A stretch of DNA of 64,000 nt from Microgenomates group bacterium. Its GTDB lineage: Bacteria; Patescibacteriota; Microgenomatia; UBA10105; UBA927. The position numbers and the translations under genes were made by a program. The notes under the pieces are model-generated. The model had not been told where the DNA came from. It made no database searches and was given only the letters and a program-made list of their open reading frames with translations. The stretch spans positions 383,041 to 447,040 of the forward strand of contig JBAQFJ010000001.1 in assembly GCA_049287205.1 (NCBI GenBank), given 5' to 3'. Shown here piece by piece: positions 1-8,749 of this stretch (position 1 is the stretch's first letter; each line of letters starts with the position of its first letter).

Positions 1-259
1 TTCCTCGTCGATTTCTTTTTTTTGCATGCAGTATCCCAAACAAACGAGCGCGCCTCGGATCATTTTTCCGTTTTGTGCATACTGCGCTATGCGTTGCAGT
101 GCATCCGTGCCCCATGGGGTTTCGGCGATATTGTTTTGCCCTTTTTGTTTTGTGATGTACGCATCAAGGGCAGATAGGATGGAAGCTTTTTTTTCTTGAA
201 GATAGGTGTTGAACATAATTTTCGCAGACACACTTCGCGTGAAGCTACGAGTGCCGCAG

Positions 260-333
260 TCGGGGTGGAGAGACTTGAACTCTCAACCTCATCGTCCCAA
301 ACGATGCGCGCTAGCCAATTGCGCCACACCCCG
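260..333 (-). tRNA. tRNA-Pro (anticodon TGG)
   Basis: Reverse complement CGGGGTGTGGCGCAATTGGCTAGCGCGCATCGTTTGGGACGATGAGGTTGAGAGTTCAAGTCTCTCCACCCCGA folds as a cloverleaf; anticodon loop TTTGGGA; 7-bp acceptor stem. Confidence 0.85.
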
Positions 334-367
334 ATTTTTTCTCTTTTTTTTAAAGAGAATTTATGTA

Positions 368-1387
368 TTATAACGTATACGGAACAAAAGTTCCTCTGTC
401 AGGTGGACCGTAACACACAAGTATTCGTTTTTGCAGCGGTTCCAAGATGACTGCACCAATGGTTGCGTCTTCCCTGCAGATTGGATATAAGGGATTGTCC
501 TTGTCAGAAAGAAGTTTTTGCATGTCACTAGCTGTCATATCATTCCGCACGAGTTCTGTTGCCCGTGTGAGCCTGTCATAGGAATTTTTGTGGTGTGACG
601 CCTCGTCGACTTCATACAGTTTCATTTTTCCGGAAATAAAATGATTGGTATGCGCGTACGGTTTTGCTGTTTGGCGCTCGATATCAATATCTTTTCCCGC
701 AGTTTCTATATCCATCATGTCATTGCCTTGCACAAGCACATGATTGTATCCAGACGATCTGGTAACACCGCTGATGATTGCTGCTGCTTCATCCAGTGTT
801 TTTGCATCAAGCACAGCCCGCGCGACAAAATATTTGCCTACGCCCACATGGGTTTCCTGATGGAGTTCATTGATGCACTGTACAAGACCGTTACTGGTAA
901 GCGTTGCACTGCAGCCGACCATAAATGTTGCGTAATTGAGTCCCAGATACGTCGTGCCGTTTATTGTTGCTTTTAATACATAGAGTTCATCCAAACTTTC
1001 GATGTCCCAATCCTCATTGTGTCCTATTAGCGGACCTCGTTCATTAAAACTGACTGCAATGGTGCAGTGATCTTCCGTTTGCGCCTGTTCCCGATCCCAT
1101 TCACTGGTGCGGTCGTATACTTCCGGCATATTATGAAAAAAAAGATCAACGAATGGGACGTCAGCACCCATTGCCATACTTTGGAGTTCTTCAACGAGAT
1201 GTGGAAATGCTTTGTTTGCTTCTTTCAAAAAGACATCAGTTTCTCCGAGTCGTTCCTGATATTTTCGAATGTAATGTTTGCGGTCGGAGATTACTTCCTG
1301 GATTTTTCCCCGAAACATTTCACCGATGGCAAGACCAAGGTCTTTGTTTGATCCTGTAATTTCAAGGTATGGAAATGTTTTTATCAT
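368..1387 (-). CDS. Ntn-hydrolase, peptidase C45 / acyl-CoA:6-APA acyltransferase-like protein
   Basis: 339-aa uninterrupted ORF; overall resemblance to the C45 acyltransferase/choloylglycine-hydrolase-like family (motif-level, by eye). Confidence 0.45.
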   Translation of the reverse strand: MIKTFPYLEITGSNKDLGLAIGEMFRGKIQEVISDRKHYIRKYQERLGETDVFLKEANKAFPHLVEELQSMAMGADVPFVDLFFHNMPEVYDRTSEWDREQAQTEDHCTIAVSFNERGPLIGHNEDWDIESLDELYVLKATINGTTYLGLNYATFMVGCSATLTSNGLVQCINELHQETHVGVGKYFVARAVLDAKTLDEAAAIISGVTRSSGYNHVLVQGNDMMDIETAGKDIDIERQTAKPYAHTNHFISGKMKLYEVDEASHHKNSYDRLTRATELVRNDMTASDMQKLLSDKDNPLYPICREDATIGAVILEPLQKRILVCYGPPDRGTFVPYTL

Positions 1388-1422
1388 GGCAGTATTAGTA
1401 TTTCGATCCTTTCGTTATTTTG

Positions 1423-1508
1423 TGCCGCGGGCGGGAATCGAACCCACACGGGTGTTAAAGCCCACAGAATTTTAAGTCCTGCGTGTATACCAGTTTCACC
1501 ACCGCGGC
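1423..1508 (-). tRNA. tRNA-Leu (anticodon TAA), long variable arm
   Basis: Reverse complement GCCGCGGTGGTGAAACTGG...CAGGACTTAAAATTCTG...GGGTTCGATTCCCGCCCGCGGCA; anticodon loop CTTAAAA; type-II variable arm. Confidence 0.85.
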
Positions 1509-1572
1509 ATGACACTTCTTATTATTTTACGATAGATTGCGCTTCTTTACCAGTAAATACTTTGTATGTGTT

Positions 1573-2478
1573 TTATCCCGTCCGAAGGACACTTGGGATA
1601 GTCGAGGCTATTTTTTTCAGCTTCGCGACAAAAAAACCTTCCATGAGTTCTGACGGGAGAATGCGGGTCATGGGTTCAACCAGTTCTACCTTCCCCTTTT
1701 CTTTTTTGAGAATCCACTCGACGACATTCTCATTTTCGGATGGTTCAAGTGTGCATGTCGAATAGACGATAATTCCGCCTGGTTTGGTTGCGCTTATTGC
1801 TGATCTGAGCAGCCATCTTTGCCGTTGTACAAGCTCTTTGATTTCTTTTGGTGACCAGTGTTCGTATGTTTTTGAATTGGTTGTGGTGAATGTTCCTTCC
1901 ATACTGCACGGCGCATCAACAAGTGCTTTGTCAAAATACTCCGGATACGTTTGCCAAACGCTTTGCCCTGCGGAAATGACAATGGTTGTATTGGTAACGC
2001 CCTGCGTTTTTAGATTTGCTTCAAGTTTATATCCGCGGATTCTGCTGTTATCATTTGCGATGATTTCGCCAGAATTTTCCATAAGTGCTGCAATTTGTGT
2101 GGTTTTGCTTCCCGGAGCTGCCGCAATATCAAGAATTTTTTCGTCCTTCTGCGGATCGAGCTTGAGTGCGGGAAGTTGGCTAGATAAACTTTGAATGTAA
2201 AACAATCCCTTTGTGTATGCGTCCAGATCCATCAGTTCCCTTTTTTCACTTCGTACGATAAATGAAATGGGCGAAATGTCACTTTGCTCATACTGGATAT
2301 GCGCATCGTCGAATATTTTTTTGACGGCATCCACGGTTGTTTTGAGCGTGTTGACGCGAAGTGTTGTCGGTTTTTGTACGGTATACGCCAAAAGCACACT
2401 AGCGAGTTTATCTGGAGAGACAATAGTTTTTAGTCGTTCAAGAAATTCTTCAGGTAGTTGTCGCCACGGTTCTTTCAT
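1573..2478 (-). CDS. 16S rRNA m5C methyltransferase, RsmB/RsmF (NOL1/NOP2/Sun) family
   Basis: SAM-binding motif LDIAAAPGSKT and catalytic DAPCS / YSTCT cysteine motifs typical of the Sun family. Confidence 0.8.
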   Translation of the reverse strand: MKEPWRQLPEEFLERLKTIVSPDKLASVLLAYTVQKPTTLRVNTLKTTVDAVKKIFDDAHIQYEQSDISPISFIVRSEKRELMDLDAYTKGLFYIQSLSSQLPALKLDPQKDEKILDIAAAPGSKTTQIAALMENSGEIIANDNSRIRGYKLEANLKTQGVTNTTIVISAGQSVWQTYPEYFDKALVDAPCSMEGTFTTTNSKTYEHWSPKEIKELVQRQRWLLRSAISATKPGGIIVYSTCTLEPSENENVVEWILKKEKGKVELVEPMTRILPSELMEGFFVAKLKKIASTIPSVLRTG

Positions 2479-2540
2479 ATACGTATTGTACTATACGGAC
2501 ATAATCAAACGGCTATGTTATAATTTTCGAGTAGTTGTTT

Positions 2541-2622
2541 GCCTCCGTGGCGCAATTGGTAGACGCGTACGCTTCAGGAGCGTATGGAGTAATCCTTAGA
2601 GGTTCAAATCCTCTCGGAGGCA
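2541..2622 (+). tRNA. tRNA-Leu (anticodon CAG), long variable arm
   Basis: GCCTCCGTGGCGCAATTGGTAGACGC...TACGCTTCAGGAGCGTA...GGTTCAAATCCTCTCGGAGGCA; anticodon loop TTCAGGA. Confidence 0.85.
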
Positions 2623-2911
2623 CAAGATTTTCGTTCTTAAGATTAGCTTCAATATTGTTTAATTATGTCCTATAGTTTGACTTCGTAGCTGTTTTTTGGT
2701 AGTATTCATCTACTGTATATCAATAAGCAGCGCGATATATCGTGCTATTTTGTTGGTATACAAAATAAGTTTTTTTGCACATTTACAAGTTACGAAAGAT
2801 TTTTATGGTTTTTACATAATGGGTGGCATTTTGTTTATGAAATTCATAACCAAGGTGCTGTCCATTGTGTATATGCGCAAATTCAAAGTAATGAGAAAAA
2901 GGAGATAATCG

Positions 2912-3418
2912 ATGAGTAAAAGAGTGTTTTTGGTTGAGGCTGGAGAAAAAGGTCCTGGACATACGCTGGATGGGAAGGCTGTTGTAATTGAAGCCGATTT
3001 GGATGACGAAGGACGTTATGCAAAAGTCATCGCACCCCAGGAGTTCGTTAACAGTTGGTCATCAGTGTTGGTCGAAGGATCCATGGGACAATGGACTGAG
3101 TGCAATGGCCCGGCAAGGATATTGTCAGACCACGATTACACTACGCTTTGTGTGCAACTTGTTCCTGCACAGGAGTATAAATACTCGAGAAATGATCCAG
3201 GCTGGGTTGTCGCTGATTCTGTTGAAGCGGCTACAGAAGATCAAACGTATGTTCATGTAACGTATAAAGGCGAGACATATCGCAATCGTCGTGTTACGTG
3301 GCATAACCCACGGCTTGATAAAAGCAAATCAGATGTGCTCGTTGAAGATGAACACTCCGGGTGGTTGTATATCGAATTTTTGAATGCTGATATTAAGCCA
3401 TACAAAAGCAAAAAATAA
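2912..3418 (+). CDS. hypothetical protein (168 aa), orphan gene
   Basis: Strong SD (AAAAAGGAGATAATCG ATG). Preceded by about 270 bp of AT-rich non-coding DNA and followed by a bidirectional hairpin. GC looks higher than neighbouring genes. No recognisable motif. Confidence 0.55.
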   Translation: MSKRVFLVEAGEKGPGHTLDGKAVVIEADLDDEGRYAKVIAPQEFVNSWSSVLVEGSMGQWTECNGPARILSDHDYTTLCVQLVPAQEYKYSRNDPGWVVADSVEAATEDQTYVHVTYKGETYRNRRVTWHNPRLDKSKSDVLVEDEHSGWLYIEFLNADIKPYKSKK

Positions 3419-3445
3419 TCACTAAAAATCTTCGTTTGTAATGTG

Positions 3446-3522
3446 CAAAACCCCCAATTGAATAGTATTCAACTGTCACGTTTGTGACGTTTTTGTTGAA
3501 TGTTATTTGAGCGGGGGTTTTG
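3446..3522. terminator. nested-hairpin element, likely bidirectional intrinsic terminator (member 1 of 3)
   Basis: Outer 10-bp stem CAAAACCCCC/GGGGGTTTTG encloses two small perfect hairpins (TTGAATA-G-TATTCAA and GTCAC-gttt-GTGAC). Lies between convergent genes at 2912..3418(+) and 3525..4673(-). Confidence 0.55.
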
Positions 3523-3524
3523 TA

Positions 3525-4673
3525 TTAGGGGAAAATACTTTTCGCGTACTTCGACAGCAAACTGGCAAGCAAGTCACTGAATTTTACTCCGTAAAGTCCG
3601 ATAACTTCCGTGAGTGGCAATCCCTTGTCTGGTCCAAATGCAGTATTTGGATTGCAGTCGGTAAAATATGGCGTGCCTGTTGTTTCATCGACACGGACAT
3701 CGAATTTTGCGTAGTCTTTGTACCGGAGCCCATTGAATGCGCGAATTGCAAGCTTGGATACTTTGTTTGCTAAATCTTCCTGAACCTTCTTGTATTTGTA
3801 CGCTTTGCTGTCATCGTAGCTTTCAAAACTGGTGAAATAATGTTTGCCGTCCGGCATAGCTCTGAATATTTTTTCACCCATGAATACCTGTTTTTTACCC
3901 TTGTCATCAAAGACAACAACAGTAAGTTCCGGCCCGTCGATAAATTTTTCGACGATAACGCCGACTTTGTAGATGCCAATGAGTTCATCTACCCTCTTTT
4001 GGGCCTCCTTAACGGTCTCTTTGACTGCGTGATTGTTAATGCCCACACTTCCTCCACTTTCGTTTAGTTTGACGATGAGCGGCAATCCCATTGTGTCCTG
4101 TATAGAAGTGCCTGCAAAGCGGATATATTGGAATGCCGGCGTTGGAATCTGATATGCAGTTAATAACTGTTTGATCAAATGTCTGTCATTTCCGATGACG
4201 AGTCCCTGCATTTCAGCTCCCGTGTATGGAATGTTTGCAAGCTCAAGAGCAGCAGGGATTGAAGTCTGCAGTGCGTCTTTGCCTTTGAGCGTATCAACAA
4301 GATTGAGGACTAAATCTGGTCGGTCTACTAATAAATTGGTGAGAAAATATTGGTCACCAGGGTACCCTTTGGCCTTGATGCCCAGTTTTTCAACTTCTTT
4401 GATAACGTCCGCTGCACGCTCCTCTACTTCCACTTCCGCAATGTATGATTCTTCATTGGGAAACCATTCACGCTCAACGTGCGAAAACGCAACGGCTATG
4501 AGATTAAATTTTTTTAATGCTTCAAGATCATTCGTCAGTTCAATTTTTTCTGGGGTCTTGTCTTCTGTTTTTGGTTGAGTCTTTTCTTCCGGTTTTTTTT
4601 CAACTGGCTTTACTTTCGATGCATCGGCTGAGCCTTCGTACTTAACATTCTTTTTAGAAGTTTTTTGGTTCAT
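3525..4673 (-). CDS. ddl: D-alanine--D-alanine ligase family ATP-grasp enzyme with Lys/Glu-rich N-terminal extension
   Basis: ATP-grasp / Ddl-like blocks (GKDALQTSIPAALELANIPYTGAEMQG, LNESGGSVGI, DVRVDETTGTPYFTDCNPNTAFGP). Confidence 0.6.
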   Translation of the reverse strand: MNQKTSKKNVKYEGSADASKVKPVEKKPEEKTQPKTEDKTPEKIELTNDLEALKKFNLIAVAFSHVEREWFPNEESYIAEVEVEERAADVIKEVEKLGIKAKGYPGDQYFLTNLLVDRPDLVLNLVDTLKGKDALQTSIPAALELANIPYTGAEMQGLVIGNDRHLIKQLLTAYQIPTPAFQYIRFAGTSIQDTMGLPLIVKLNESGGSVGINNHAVKETVKEAQKRVDELIGIYKVGVIVEKFIDGPELTVVVFDDKGKKQVFMGEKIFRAMPDGKHYFTSFESYDDSKAYKYKKVQEDLANKVSKLAIRAFNGLRYKDYAKFDVRVDETTGTPYFTDCNPNTAFGPDKGLPLTEVIGLYGVKFSDLLASLLSKYAKSIFP

Positions 4674-4791
4674 AGGCAGTGAAAATAAACCGTATATCTA
4701 TCATACAGATATGCAAACAATAAATGCAACAACTGTAATGCTGTATTTACCGACGCGTTGGATTCTTGTACAATATGCTTTGGTAACGAAT

Positions 4792-4873
4792 GCAGACGTG
4801 GCGGAATTGGTATACGCGTACGCTTGAGGTGCGTATCCCGTAAGGGGTGGAGGTTCAAGTCCTCTCGTCTGCA
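4792..4873 (+). tRNA. tRNA-Leu (anticodon GAG), long variable arm
   Basis: GCAGACGTGGCGGAATTGGTATACGC...TACGCTTGAGGTGCGTA...GGTTCAAGTCCTCTCGTCTGCA; anticodon loop TTGAGGT. Confidence 0.85.
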
Positions 4874-4923
4874 CAAACATTTTGTTTTTTCTTTCGTGGT
4901 ATCATATTCTTCGGAGGCTTCTT

Positions 4924-5229
4924 ATGACAAAAAATCCTTTGGTAAATGGTGTTGGCGCATCGCTCTATATTTTTCTTCTTGTATCTGTGATGACATGGGG
5001 ATCAAAAATGGTGCCGCAGGAAGATAAATTTTTTGCACCGGTTGTTTTCATCTCTCTGTTTACCCTTTCTGCTGCTGTGATGGGATATATATTCTGTTAT
5101 CAGCCTGCGACATTGTATTTTGACGGAAAAAAGAAACAAGGCATGCAACTGTTTCTTAAAACCGTCATTGTTTTTGCAACGATTACGATTGCGCTTGTCA
5201 TATTATTTTTCAGTGGTGTTGTCAGATAA
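4924..5229 (+). CDS. small integral membrane protein, hypothetical
   Basis: Start at MTKNPLV with GGAGG SD; three predicted TM helices. The upstream part of the track ORF overlaps the tRNA. Confidence 0.45.
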   Translation: MTKNPLVNGVGASLYIFLLVSVMTWGSKMVPQEDKFFAPVVFISLFTLSAAVMGYIFCYQPATLYFDGKKKQGMQLFLKTVIVFATITIALVILFFSGVVR

Positions 5230-5247
5230 TTGAAAGGAAATATTTCT

Positions 5248-5604
5248 ATGAATCCACAAACACTTAAAGATAGTTTGGGATGGGGTTTTCTTCTTTGGCT
5301 GATCGGCTATATCCTCGGTATTGTTCTTTTTATGATTGTTCCTGCGCATATGATTGGATGGGTCTTGTCTCCTGCTGCAACACTGTTTACGCTTTGGGTA
5401 CTTATCAGAAAAATTAATAGTAGGAAGTTTTTATATTATTTGATACTTGGCGTAGTCTGGACTGTCATCGCTATAGTGTTTGACTATGTGTTTATCGTGC
5501 AGCTATTTCAATCAGCAAATTATTACAAACTTGATGTGTATGTCTACTATGCGCTCATGCTTATCCTTCCGATGCTTGTAGGATGGCGGAAAATGAAGAA
5601 ATAA
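5248..5604 (+). CDS. small integral membrane protein, hypothetical
   Basis: Start at MNPQTL with GAAAGGAAA SD; several hydrophobic helices. Confidence 0.45.
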   Translation: MNPQTLKDSLGWGFLLWLIGYILGIVLFMIVPAHMIGWVLSPAATLFTLWVLIRKINSRKFLYYLILGVVWTVIAIVFDYVFIVQLFQSANYYKLDVYVYYALMLILPMLVGWRKMKK

Positions 5605-5609
5605 GATCT

Positions 5610-5939
5610 TTAGTGTACGAGTTTGGAAAGAAACATGTTTACGAGTGAAAGCACGATTGCCCCAAGCAGTGCAGTACCGAATCCATTCAGGAAAAATCCC
5701 GGAACAATGCGGCTCGTGATACTGAGCAACAGTGCGTTGATAACGAGCGTAAACAATCCTAACGTTAGGATATTGATTGGTAATGTGAGTACAACGAGTA
5801 TTGGCTTCACAAGGAGTGACAATAATCCCCAAACAATGGAAATGACAATAAGCGGCTGCCAGCCTGCGATCGTGAATCCCGGAACGATATAGGAAGTAAC
5901 ATAGAATGCGAGCGCATTTACTAACAGTTGTATAAACAT
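5610..5939 (-). CDS. DUF360-family membrane protein ('phage holin family IV'-like)
   Basis: IVPGF...KPIL...LTLPINILTLGLF motif pattern of DUF360. Paralog of the ORF at 15471..15875. Confidence 0.6.
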   Translation of the reverse strand: MFIQLLVNALAFYVTSYIVPGFTIAGWQPLIVISIVWGLLSLLVKPILVVLTLPINILTLGLFTLVINALLLSITSRIVPGFFLNGFGTALLGAIVLSLVNMFLSKLVH

Positions 5940-6049
5940 ATATCTTTATACTAAGTCGCTTGGTTGTTGATTGCAAATTTTGTTCATATTTGTCCGTGTT
6001 TGATTTTTGGGTGTTTTCGCAGTATTATCAGGCGATTCCTAAGGAACCT

Positions 6050-7288
6050 ATGCGTATTGAAGCATGTAATCGTTTTGATCGTGATGAGGATCGAAGGCTT
6101 TGGAAAACGAAGCTTCGGATTCCCGACGGGTTAAACATACGGGAGATTCAACCAACAGAACTTCGTGAACGGTTAGGTTTGCAGAGTCCTGATTTGGAAG
6201 AGGTATACAGATCGGCCCTCAAAAATCAATGGTTTGACTGTGATGACGGCAATTTTTTGATTGAGATTCCGAATAATGAGAGGCTTCAAAAAAAGCTCGG
6301 CAGTCCAACAGATACGAGCAAGAGCGAATTGGTACTGTTGTTTGACTTGGACGACACGCTACTTAATACGACAGCTTGGCATGCGAAAGAGCAGGAAATC
6401 ATTCGGACATATCTTGGTGAACAGCAAATTGATGCAACTGCGCAGACTGTTAAGGAATTATACGAATTATCGAAAATCTTTGTTCCGGGTGCTGCAGAAG
6501 TACAAACCCGGTATACGCCTATTTTAAACATGATTCTCATCGATCAATTTATCCGTCGTCAAAAAAATGACGGATTTTCTTCTGAAGAAGCCCTGCGGCT
6601 TTGCCAAACTGAGCATGGCAGAATTCAGGATCGCATCAACACGATTGGTGAAGGGGCGCTTCGTGATTATCATTTTGACCCCACACTCCTTAGCCGCATT
6701 TTGAAAGAGAATCCTCTTCCGGAACATATGAATGCTTCGCTAAATCAAGATGTATTCACCGTCGGATCGGATGGAGATGATCTTATTCGCATGATTATCA
6801 CGAGAGGAAAAATAGAGGGCCCGCTTGGACAAATTTATAAAGTGCACAGCGGTGATTTTACAGAATTTGAAAGCTTGGATATGGTGATTTATACCAATGA
6901 CGTAAAGATCAATGCACTTGCCCGGGTGACAAATATATTTAAAGAACTGCAGTCAAAGCAAATAATCCTGTACGATGATAATCCGAGTGAAATTGTCCCT
7001 TTCCTTGAACAATTTGAAGCGCAGGGTATGAACCCGTTAAAGCTTGAGATTTTTCACGTCAGGAATGTTGATGCGAAACGCCGTGATAAGAAAGTGGTGA
7101 TACATGACGTACATGGAGAACGATGCGTGGATCCCGAAACTAGTTTTGGCTACGCGTATTTTACGGATGAAGAGGATAATCAGATCATGATTCCCATTGA
7201 GTCATTTGCTGAAGTTCCACCAAAATATAACGGTACGATCTTTGATCATTTTTCAATTAATAACAAAGGCATGTCTCAGGTTGTCTGA
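6050..7288 (+). CDS. HAD-superfamily hydrolase-like protein with large cap insertion (about 413 aa)
   Basis: HAD motif I LLFDLDDTLLNT (DxDxT) and motif IV ILYDDNPSE. Start at MRIEAC with AAGGAACC SD. The upstream 30 codons of the track ORF lack an RBS. Confidence 0.5.
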   Translation: MRIEACNRFDRDEDRRLWKTKLRIPDGLNIREIQPTELRERLGLQSPDLEEVYRSALKNQWFDCDDGNFLIEIPNNERLQKKLGSPTDTSKSELVLLFDLDDTLLNTTAWHAKEQEIIRTYLGEQQIDATAQTVKELYELSKIFVPGAAEVQTRYTPILNMILIDQFIRRQKNDGFSSEEALRLCQTEHGRIQDRINTIGEGALRDYHFDPTLLSRILKENPLPEHMNASLNQDVFTVGSDGDDLIRMIITRGKIEGPLGQIYKVHSGDFTEFESLDMVIYTNDVKINALARVTNIFKELQSKQIILYDDNPSEIVPFLEQFEAQGMNPLKLEIFHVRNVDAKRRDKKVVIHDVHGERCVDPETSFGYAYFTDEEDNQIMIPIESFAEVPPKYNGTIFDHFSINNKGMSQVV

Positions 7289-7345
7289 TAGAGGTATCTT
7301 CTGTCAAATTATCCTAATTTTGTGTACAATAGACAGGTAGAATCT

Positions 7346-7417
7346 GGACGATTAGCTCAATGGTAGAGCACTTCGTTTACATCGAAGGGGTTAGGGGTTC
7401 GAGTCCCTTATCGTCCA
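7346..7417 (+). tRNA. tRNA-Val (anticodon TAC)
   Basis: GGACGATTAGCTCAATGGTAGAGCACTTCGTTTACATCGAAGGGGTTAGGGGTTCGAGTCCCTTATCGTCCA; anticodon loop TTTACAT. Confidence 0.85.
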
Positions 7418-7451
7418 CACAAGGCTGTATATATTTTTTTATCCACTTGTT

Positions 7452-8519
7452 GTGACTGACTATTTAAGCAGAAAAATTAAAATTGTTTCCTTTATCGCAA
7501 TTCTGTGCGTGGTGTTTCAACACGCTATTAACTTTACGGGATACATCGACCCTTCTTCGACCTATCTAGGGCAATTAAATTTCAATACCATACTGCAATA
7601 TGTGTTTGGATACGGATTTGCACGAGGAGCAGTTGCGATATTTTTTATGTTGTCCGGTTATTTATTTTTCAGGAATTTTACGCTTAGAAAAACGTTGACG
7701 AAGTTCCGATCCCGTTTCCACAGCCTGTTTATTCCGTATATTTTGTGGGGCGCACTCAGTCTGCTTTTTGTTTTGCTTTTGCAGAGTAAGGGCGGATTTT
7801 TATCCTTATATACAGGTGCTCTGGCAGGTAAATCGTTTATGGAATATCTCCGTATTATTATGAATCACGGTGTTTCATTCCAATTGTGGTTTTTGTGGGA
7901 TTTGATGTTATATACTCTGCTTGCACCTTTGTTTTATATTATTCTACGCTATTCCAACGTGCTGTTTTTGATTCCCGTATATATATTGTGGATGTTGCAG
8001 GTGCCGCTTCCTCCAGCATTCGCATTCCTGTATCGTGGCGGCATTTTCTATTTGCTGGGTGCGTATATTGCCATGTATGGTGTATATATTCCAAAAGAAA
8101 AGGTAAAACCGATTGCTCTCATTTCCATTCTGTTCTGGATGGTCATGCTCGCAATAAAAACGAGTCTTGCATTTGGCGTACTTCCAACCATGTATGTAAA
8201 ACTTTCTCAGATAGACAATATGGCAATGATAATGGGCATTGCAACACTTTGGTTTGGCTATGACAAGATCGCATCGTCAAAACTTATGAATATATTTCTT
8301 GCCGCAACTCCATTCACCTTTTTTTTGTACGCAAGCCATGAACCGCTTTTGGAAGTTATAAAGCAACTCGGGGTGACCCTGACAGGCAGAAGTGATGCTG
8401 CGCTTCTTTTTCTGTACTTTGCATCTATTGTGGTTGTGCTGTTTGTAACAATTGGATGTGGAATTCTCGTGAAAAAATTCACTCCAAAATTCTACAGTCT
8501 TCTGACAGGTGGAAGGTAA
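7452..8519 (+). CDS. acyltransferase family 3 (membrane O-acyltransferase, OatA-like)
   Basis: About 10 TM helices; N-terminal VFQHAIN...FFMLSGYL pattern of the acyltransferase_3 family; GTG start. Confidence 0.65.
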   Translation: MTDYLSRKIKIVSFIAILCVVFQHAINFTGYIDPSSTYLGQLNFNTILQYVFGYGFARGAVAIFFMLSGYLFFRNFTLRKTLTKFRSRFHSLFIPYILWGALSLLFVLLLQSKGGFLSLYTGALAGKSFMEYLRIIMNHGVSFQLWFLWDLMLYTLLAPLFYIILRYSNVLFLIPVYILWMLQVPLPPAFAFLYRGGIFYLLGAYIAMYGVYIPKEKVKPIALISILFWMVMLAIKTSLAFGVLPTMYVKLSQIDNMAMIMGIATLWFGYDKIASSKLMNIFLAATPFTFFLYASHEPLLEVIKQLGVTLTGRSDAALLFLYFASIVVVLFVTIGCGILVKKFTPKFYSLLTGGR

Positions 8520-8581
8520 GGAATATTTTCCGATATTGGCAGATACAGCCAGACATTCTATAATAAAGGTTGTTCGTTTTT

Positions 8582-8654
8582 GCCGAGATGGCCGAGGTAG
8601 TCAAGGCGCTTGTCTGAAAAACAAGTTATCTGGGTGCAATTCCTAGTCTCGGCA
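8582..8654 (+). tRNA. tRNA-Phe (anticodon GAA)
   Basis: GCCGAGATGGCCGAGGTAGTCAAGGCGCTTGTCTGAAAAACAAGTTATCTGGGTGCAATTCCTAGTCTCGGCA, 73 nt; anticodon loop CTGAAAA. Confidence 0.8.
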
Positions 8655-8674
8655 CTGTTACGAATCTTAACAGT

Positions 8675-8746
8675 GCGGCGTTAGTTCAGTGGTAGAATGC
8701 TTCCTTGCCAAGGAAGAGGTCAGCGGTTCAAGTCCGCTACGCCGCT
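8675..8746 (+). tRNA. tRNA-Gly (anticodon GCC)
   Basis: GCGGCGTTAGTTCAGTGGTAGAATGCTTCCTTGCCAAGGAAGAGGTCAGCGGTTCAAGTCCGCTACGCCGCT; anticodon loop TTGCCAA. Confidence 0.85.
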
Positions 8747-8749
8747 CAT

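Noticed and set aside
87-329. 80-aa ORF on the minus strand
   Set aside because: Its sequence is simply the tRNA-Pro gene and flanks read as protein; no RBS.
196-450. 84-aa ORF on the plus strand antisense to tRNA-Pro
   Set aside because: Overlaps the tRNA and the end of the neighbouring gene; no SD; low-complexity translation.
2696-2908. 70-aa ORF in the AT-rich leader of the orphan gene
   Set aside because: Ile/Phe/Lys/Tyr-rich translation typical of AT-rich non-coding DNA; no SD; treated as promoter/leader DNA.
4670-4876. 68-aa minus-strand ORF
   Set aside because: Runs antisense through tRNA-Leu(GAG); spurious.
5960-6049. 30-codon N-terminal extension (MVVDCKFCSY...) of the HAD-like ORF
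   Set aside because: No RBS, and it overlaps the divergent DUF360 gene's upstream region. The internal start has an AAGGAACC SD.
8705-8749. N-terminal 15 codons of the PspC ORF in the six-frame track
   Set aside because: These codons are the 3' half of tRNA-Gly; CDS trimmed to the ATG at 8750.
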